From positions 192,001 through 256,000 of the forward strand of contig OY969699.1 in the NCBI GenBank assembly GCA_963702025.1: a stretch of DNA of 64,000 nt. Direction: 5' to 3'. The notes under the pieces were generated by a model. The model had not been told where the DNA came from. It made no database searches and saw only the letters and a list, made by a program, of their open reading frames with translations. The DNA is from an uncultured bacterium (lineage in GTDB: Bacteria > Babelota > Babeliae > Babelales > Vermiphilaceae). Position numbers and translations under genes: made by a program. Below, in pieces: positions 59,438 to 64,000 of this stretch; the stretch's first letter is position 1, and every line of letters starts with the position of its first letter.

Positions 59438-61801
59438 ATGAAAACGGTTTTAAACAAAGACATGCATGAACATATTCCAGAAATGCTCCCAGTAATTCCG
59501 ACGATGGATGTTGTTGTGTTTCCACATATGATTGTGCCACTGTTAGTGCTTGATGAAAAGATTATCAAGGGCATTAATCAATCACTACAAGAAGCCAAAT
59601 TGGTATTACTGCTTGCGGCAAAAAAACAGATCGATAGCGATGAGGGGATCGCTACCAAAGATCTCTATTCTATAGGAACAGTTGCATCTATTATGCGGCT
59701 CATAAAAATACCCGAAGGGGGAATAAAGATCCTCGTTCAGGGCATCTGCAAAGCCGAGGCAAAAAATATTCTGGCATCAGAGGACAGCTTACAAGCTATG
59801 GTGAGCAAAATCTCCAACAGCGGCGATAAAAACAAAGACGAAATCCAGGCACACATAAAAAACATTAAGAATTTAGCGGAAAAAATGGCAATGGCCGGCA
59901 ATGCGTTTAGCCCGGATTTTCATATTATTCTTTCTAAGATGCAGGATCCGGATAAAATTGCGGATTTTATATTGTCCCATCTTAATCTTGGGGTTGAGCA
60001 GGCCCAAAACTTGCTAGAAATTAATGAACAAGCAGTACTGCTTGAAGCATTATATCGTCTTCTTGCCAAAGAGATGGAAATGGCCGACATGCAAGAAAAG
60101 ATCCGCAACAGCGCCCGGGATTCCATGAACAAAGCGCAAAAAGAGTTTTATCTACGGGAACAAATGCGCGCGATAAAAAAAGAGCTTGGTGAAGACGATC
60201 TTGAAGAATTAGACGTAATGCGCGAACGGCTAGAAAAACTTGCAGCACCCGAAGAAGTAAAAACTGAAGTGCGTCGCCACATAAATCGGCTGGAAAAAAC
60301 ATCACCCGATTCCATGGAAGCCACCGTTACGCGTAATTATTTAGAGTGGATCTTTGGTTTACCATGGCAAATATTCACGGTGGATAATTTAGATATTGCT
60401 CATGCCAAAAATATCCTTGATGAAGATCATCATGGGCTTAAAGAAATTAAAGAGCGGATCCTTGATTTTATTTCCATACGCAAATTAAAGACCGATGGCT
60501 TTGCACCAATTTTATGTTTTGTGGGTCCTCCAGGCACGGGCAAAACATCACTGGGACAATCCATCGCACGTGCTTTAGGGAGAACCTATTTCCGTATTTC
60601 ACTGGGCGGCGTTAAAGATGAAGCGGAGATCCGCGGACATCGCCGCACCTACGTTGGCGCAATGCCGGGGCGGTTTATTCAGGCAGTAAAAAAATCGGGC
60701 AGTTGTAATCCGGTAATTGTAATTGATGAACTTGATAAAATCGGTTCTGATTTTAGGGGTGATCCATCGGCCGCGATGCTAGAAGTACTCGATCCGCAAC
60801 AAAACAAAACCTTTTATGATAATTATTTAGGAATTCCTTTTGATCTTTCTCATGTGATGTTTATTGCAACGGCAAACTCATTGGAAACTATTTCCGAGCC
60901 ATTGCGTGATCGCATGGAAATAATTGAAGTTTCAGGTTACACTCACGAAGAAAAACTCAATATTGCTCGCATGCATCTGATTAAAAAAGCGATTATAGAC
61001 GCCGGGATGGCTGATCAGGAATTATGCCTTGAAGATGCATTAATTCTGGATATCATCAGCAACTACACCAAAGAATCGGGCGTGCGGCAACTTGAGCGCA
61101 TTATACGAAAATTATGTTCCAAGGCAGCGCGCATGTATGTGCAAGAAGATAAAGTGATAACCTTTGATCAAGACAATCTGCATCTCTATCTTGGCCCGCG
61201 AAAATTCTTAGAAGATGAGCTTGATAAAGAAGATCAAATTGGCATTAGCAACGGGCTTGCCTGGACAGCATATGGCGGTGAAATGATCAAAATTGAAGCG
61301 GTTCTAATGCCAGGCAAAGGTAAACTTTTATTAACCGGTCAACTGGGCGACGTGATGAAAGAATCTGCGCAGGCAGCGGTGAGTTATGCGCGTTCCCATG
61401 CAAAAGACTTTAATATTGATCAAAAATTGTTCACCAACTACGATTTGCATATTCATGTGCCGGCCGGCGGCGTGCCAAAAGATGGCCCATCGGCAGGAAT
61501 AACCATGCTTACGGCTATTCTTTCGGTTCTCACGCAACGGCCAATAAATGCGCATTACGCAATGACCGGTGAGCTAAATCTCCGTGGCGAAGTTATGCCA
61601 ATTGGCGGCGTAAAAGAGAAGATCTTGGCAGCAAAACGTAATAAGGTTGATCATATTATTTTGCCGTATAAAAATAAGAATGATTTAACCGGCATTGAAG
61701 AGATTGCGCAGGATATCAAAGTTATCTGGGTGCATCATGCCAACGAAGTGATTCAACATGTGCTGCTGCCGGCTGAAGATAAAATAGCCAAAGCAGCGTA
61801 A
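59438..61801 (+). CDS. lon: ATP-dependent Lon protease
   Basis: Lon N-domain, GPPGTGKT, GHRRTYVGAMPG, PKDGPSAG (catalytic Ser), GGVKEK. Confidence 0.98.
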   Translation: MKTVLNKDMHEHIPEMLPVIPTMDVVVFPHMIVPLLVLDEKIIKGINQSLQEAKLVLLLAAKKQIDSDEGIATKDLYSIGTVASIMRLIKIPEGGIKILVQGICKAEAKNILASEDSLQAMVSKISNSGDKNKDEIQAHIKNIKNLAEKMAMAGNAFSPDFHIILSKMQDPDKIADFILSHLNLGVEQAQNLLEINEQAVLLEALYRLLAKEMEMADMQEKIRNSARDSMNKAQKEFYLREQMRAIKKELGEDDLEELDVMRERLEKLAAPEEVKTEVRRHINRLEKTSPDSMEATVTRNYLEWIFGLPWQIFTVDNLDIAHAKNILDEDHHGLKEIKERILDFISIRKLKTDGFAPILCFVGPPGTGKTSLGQSIARALGRTYFRISLGGVKDEAEIRGHRRTYVGAMPGRFIQAVKKSGSCNPVIVIDELDKIGSDFRGDPSAAMLEVLDPQQNKTFYDNYLGIPFDLSHVMFIATANSLETISEPLRDRMEIIEVSGYTHEEKLNIARMHLIKKAIIDAGMADQELCLEDALILDIISNYTKESGVRQLERIIRKLCSKAARMYVQEDKVITFDQDNLHLYLGPRKFLEDELDKEDQIGISNGLAWTAYGGEMIKIEAVLMPGKGKLLLTGQLGDVMKESAQAAVSYARSHAKDFNIDQKLFTNYDLHIHVPAGGVPKDGPSAGITMLTAILSVLTQRPINAHYAMTGELNLRGEVMPIGGVKEKILAAKRNKVDHIILPYKNKNDLTGIEEIAQDIKVIWVHHANEVIQHVLLPAEDKIAKAA

Positions 61802-61820
61802 TAGTAAAACAATTTTTACC

Positions 61821-61854
61821 AAAGAGCAGCTTTACAAAAAGCTGCTCTTTTTTT
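61821..61854 (+). terminator. Intrinsic terminator after lon
   Basis: 13-bp perfect stem aaagagcagcttt/aaagctgctcttt plus T-run. Confidence 0.85.
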
Positions 61855-61983
61855 GTACCTATTTGCTCCGAATGCTCATCCTCTTGTATACTCATTGCTG
61901 CACTTTTGCATCGCGCACGCTTATCTTAAAAAAATATTGGCCAAAAAATGTAAACCAAAATTGTGTTGCAGGGGTCATTCATT

Positions 61984-62796
61984 ATGAATGCAATCAAAAA
62001 TAGCTTGATCGTAGCAATTTTTGCTTTAGTTTCGCCGCACACCAAGGGTATGGAAAAAAAGCGCCCGATGCAGGATTTAGCAAAACCAGAAAAGCGTCAC
62101 AAAACAAACCGAGAAAAAAATAAGGTAAACGATTTGGAAGAATTTGCTGCTTATGTTCAAAGAACGAGTAACATAAATGAAATAGACAGGCTTCATGGTA
62201 TGACAATGCTTCATTGGGCCGCCATGGAGAACCACGTTGAGAGGCTAAAAATATTGCTCGCTCATCCCCAATGCAATGTGAATGCAAAAAGCTTTTCGAC
62301 AGATACACCACTCCATTTTGCAATAAAATATGAGAGGGTGGAAATAGCAAAAATATTAATTACTCAGCCTCATTGCGATGTGAATGCGCTAACCAGTGAT
62401 AAATGGTCCCCTCTTTATACTGCCATTCGCCATAAACAACCAGAAATAGTAGCCTTACTGCTCGCTCGCCCCGAATGTAACCTGCACACCAAATGCGTCA
62501 TGGGCTGGTCGCCCCTTACTTTTGCAGCTCACACAAAACAGATTGAAATAGTAAAATTATTGCTTGCTCACCGAGAGCCTGATCAAAAAAATAAAGCCAT
62601 CCAAGCCTGCAAGGGCGATAAAACTATCTATTTTTCTCTTTTTCCTAATGATATTATTAACTTTTTATGCAGGCACTATTGCACCTTTTACAGCATTTCC
62701 GATAACCAAGCAAAACAAGTGACAGGAAAGCAATATGTTAAAAAAGAGATAAAAGAACTAATAATCGACCAGCTTAAAGCCCGAAATTCTAGATAA
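61984..62796 (+). CDS. Secreted ankyrin-repeat protein with NLS-like N-terminus and F-box-like tail
   Basis: GMTMLHWAA, TPLHFAI, SPLYTAI, SPLTFAA; signal peptide followed by MEKKR. Confidence 0.85.
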   Translation: MNAIKNSLIVAIFALVSPHTKGMEKKRPMQDLAKPEKRHKTNREKNKVNDLEEFAAYVQRTSNINEIDRLHGMTMLHWAAMENHVERLKILLAHPQCNVNAKSFSTDTPLHFAIKYERVEIAKILITQPHCDVNALTSDKWSPLYTAIRHKQPEIVALLLARPECNLHTKCVMGWSPLTFAAHTKQIEIVKLLLAHREPDQKNKAIQACKGDKTIYFSLFPNDIINFLCRHYCTFYSISDNQAKQVTGKQYVKKEIKELIIDQLKARNSR

Positions 62797-62835
62797 GAGC
62801 CCCAAAAAAGGGGTTTGCATCATCAAAAAAAATAA

Positions 62836-62898
62836 TTGACAAATATGAAATTTAATGCATAATTAGGGTATAAATAGTTTTTTTAGTTTTAAAGGAGG
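62836..62898 (+). promoter_or_regulatory. Putative sigma70 promoter and strong RBS
   Basis: TTGACA-16 nt-CATAAT; AAGGAGG 6 nt before the ATG at 62905. Confidence 0.55.
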
Positions 62899-62904
62899 TT
62901 ACCT

Positions 62905-64000
62905 ATGAATCTAGTCAAATATACCCTAATTTTAGCCCTTTTAGGCTCATTTTCATCTACTGCCTTTGGCATGGAGAAAAAGCGTTCTGGGGAAGAAATA
63001 AGCCCAGAAGAAGGCTGGAAATACCCAAGAAAAGAAATTAAGAAAGAATATAAGGATGATGATAGATTCTTTTATCCTTATCGAGAAGAAGAATCTACCC
63101 AAGCATTTCCTCAAGATGGCTCCGCACTTGGCGATGAGGAGACAATTGAACCTGAAGTGCAAGCGACTAATGATATCGATATAGATATAGCTATTCCCGA
63201 AATCGACACTTCAAGCAATAATAATGCGCTCCCACAAACTAGTGAAATGCAAGACTCTGCAGCTCCTGCGAATATCAGCCAATTAACCTTAGAAATGGGG
63301 AATTTGAGAGAATTCGTGGAGAAAAAATTCACCACAACGAGGAAGATTTTACAGACAATTACTGAACGAATACGTGAAGCAAATAACCAAATAGATATAA
63401 TGGCAAATGATGTTGCTGCTTTAAAAGCATTACAACCTAAGCTGCAGCCAATGCCACTCGCTTCTAACCTTAAGCCCGCGCCAAAAAAAGCTGCTGATAA
63501 AGTGCAGATGATAATGGTCCCGGGTCAAAAACCGGGAATGACCAAGTATGTCCCATCAACTGCTGCCGAGCCCAGGGAACTTCAATGGGTGCAATACCCA
63601 CAATCAGGGGCGGCCCAGTATATTCCACTTATTCCCATAGAAGCTGCATCAACCTATTATCCTCACAAGGATCATTTGCCACAATCAATTAATCCGGCTT
63701 CTGCTCAAAAACCGGCCGCACCTGCATCAAAACCTGCAGCACCTCAGAAAGCCCCCAATCTTCCGAGACCTGTTGCAAAACCAGCGGCACAATCATTCTT
63801 ACCTTTTGATCAAATTATTCCAGGCTATCGATCCACTCATCGATCAGACACATTAATAGAATGCGCAGAAAAAATTGAAGCTAATAATCGCGTTATCTTT
63901 AACTGGCTTTCGGATCTGAGTAAGGAAAAACGTCCTTTCCCTACTGAAAAAATAGCATGGTTCTCGCCTTTACAAATCTACCCAATTCAAACCGCCTACA
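62905..64000 (+). CDS. Exported low-complexity protein, truncated by the window end (absent from the ORF track)
   Basis: Open from ATG 62905 to the window end; MNLVKYTLILALLGSFSSTAFG-MEKKR, then acidic, coiled-coil and Pro/Ala-rich segments. Confidence 0.85.
   Translation, partial: MNLVKYTLILALLGSFSSTAFGMEKKRSGEEISPEEGWKYPRKEIKKEYKDDDRFFYPYREEESTQAFPQDGSALGDEETIEPEVQATNDIDIDIAIPEIDTSSNNNALPQTSEMQDSAAPANISQLTLEMGNLREFVEKKFTTTRKILQTITERIREANNQIDIMANDVAALKALQPKLQPMPLASNLKPAPKKAADKVQMIMVPGQKPGMTKYVPSTAAEPRELQWVQYPQSGAAQYIPLIPIEAASTYYPHKDHLPQSINPASAQKPAAPASKPAAPQKAPNLPRPVAKPAAQSFLPFDQIIPGYRSTHRSDTLIECAEKIEANNRVIFNWLSDLSKEKRPFPTEKIAWFSPLQIYPIQTAY

Overview
A gene-dense, AT-rich bacterial chromosomal segment with no prophage, CRISPR array or intact transposase. 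It mixes housekeeping genes (tmRNA/smpB, tsaD, rho, secF, rpmA, polA, priA, orn, a tandem double ddl, comM, acpS, tRNA-fMet, murJ, ABC-F, lon) with many signal-peptide proteins that carry eukaryote-like domains (WD40, ankyrin). It also holds a type II secretion gspF-G-H-I-J-K cluster, two toxin-antitoxin modules and three large Gly/Thr/Asn/Cys-rich fibre-like genes. This content suggests an intracellular parasite of protists, such as Ca. Dependentiae/Babelota (TM6); that is an inference. Main observations: (1) About 14 secreted proteins have a predicted signal-peptide cleavage that exposes a new Met, usually Met-Glu or Met-Gln. Several also carry host-targeting signals (CaaX prenylation box, bipartite NLS-like stretches, F-box-like tail), which points to a Sec/T2SS effector system. 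(2) A fibre-protein locus is flanked by exported glycan-modifying enzymes. (3) A covarying palindromic repeat family includes one copy sitting in frame in the cleavable leader of pseudopilin GspI. (4) The tmRNA tag is unusually long (31 aa) and resembles Mycoplasma tags. (5) The fused Ddl has divergent active-site signatures in its two halves. All calls come from reading the sequence by eye; no searches or predictors were run.
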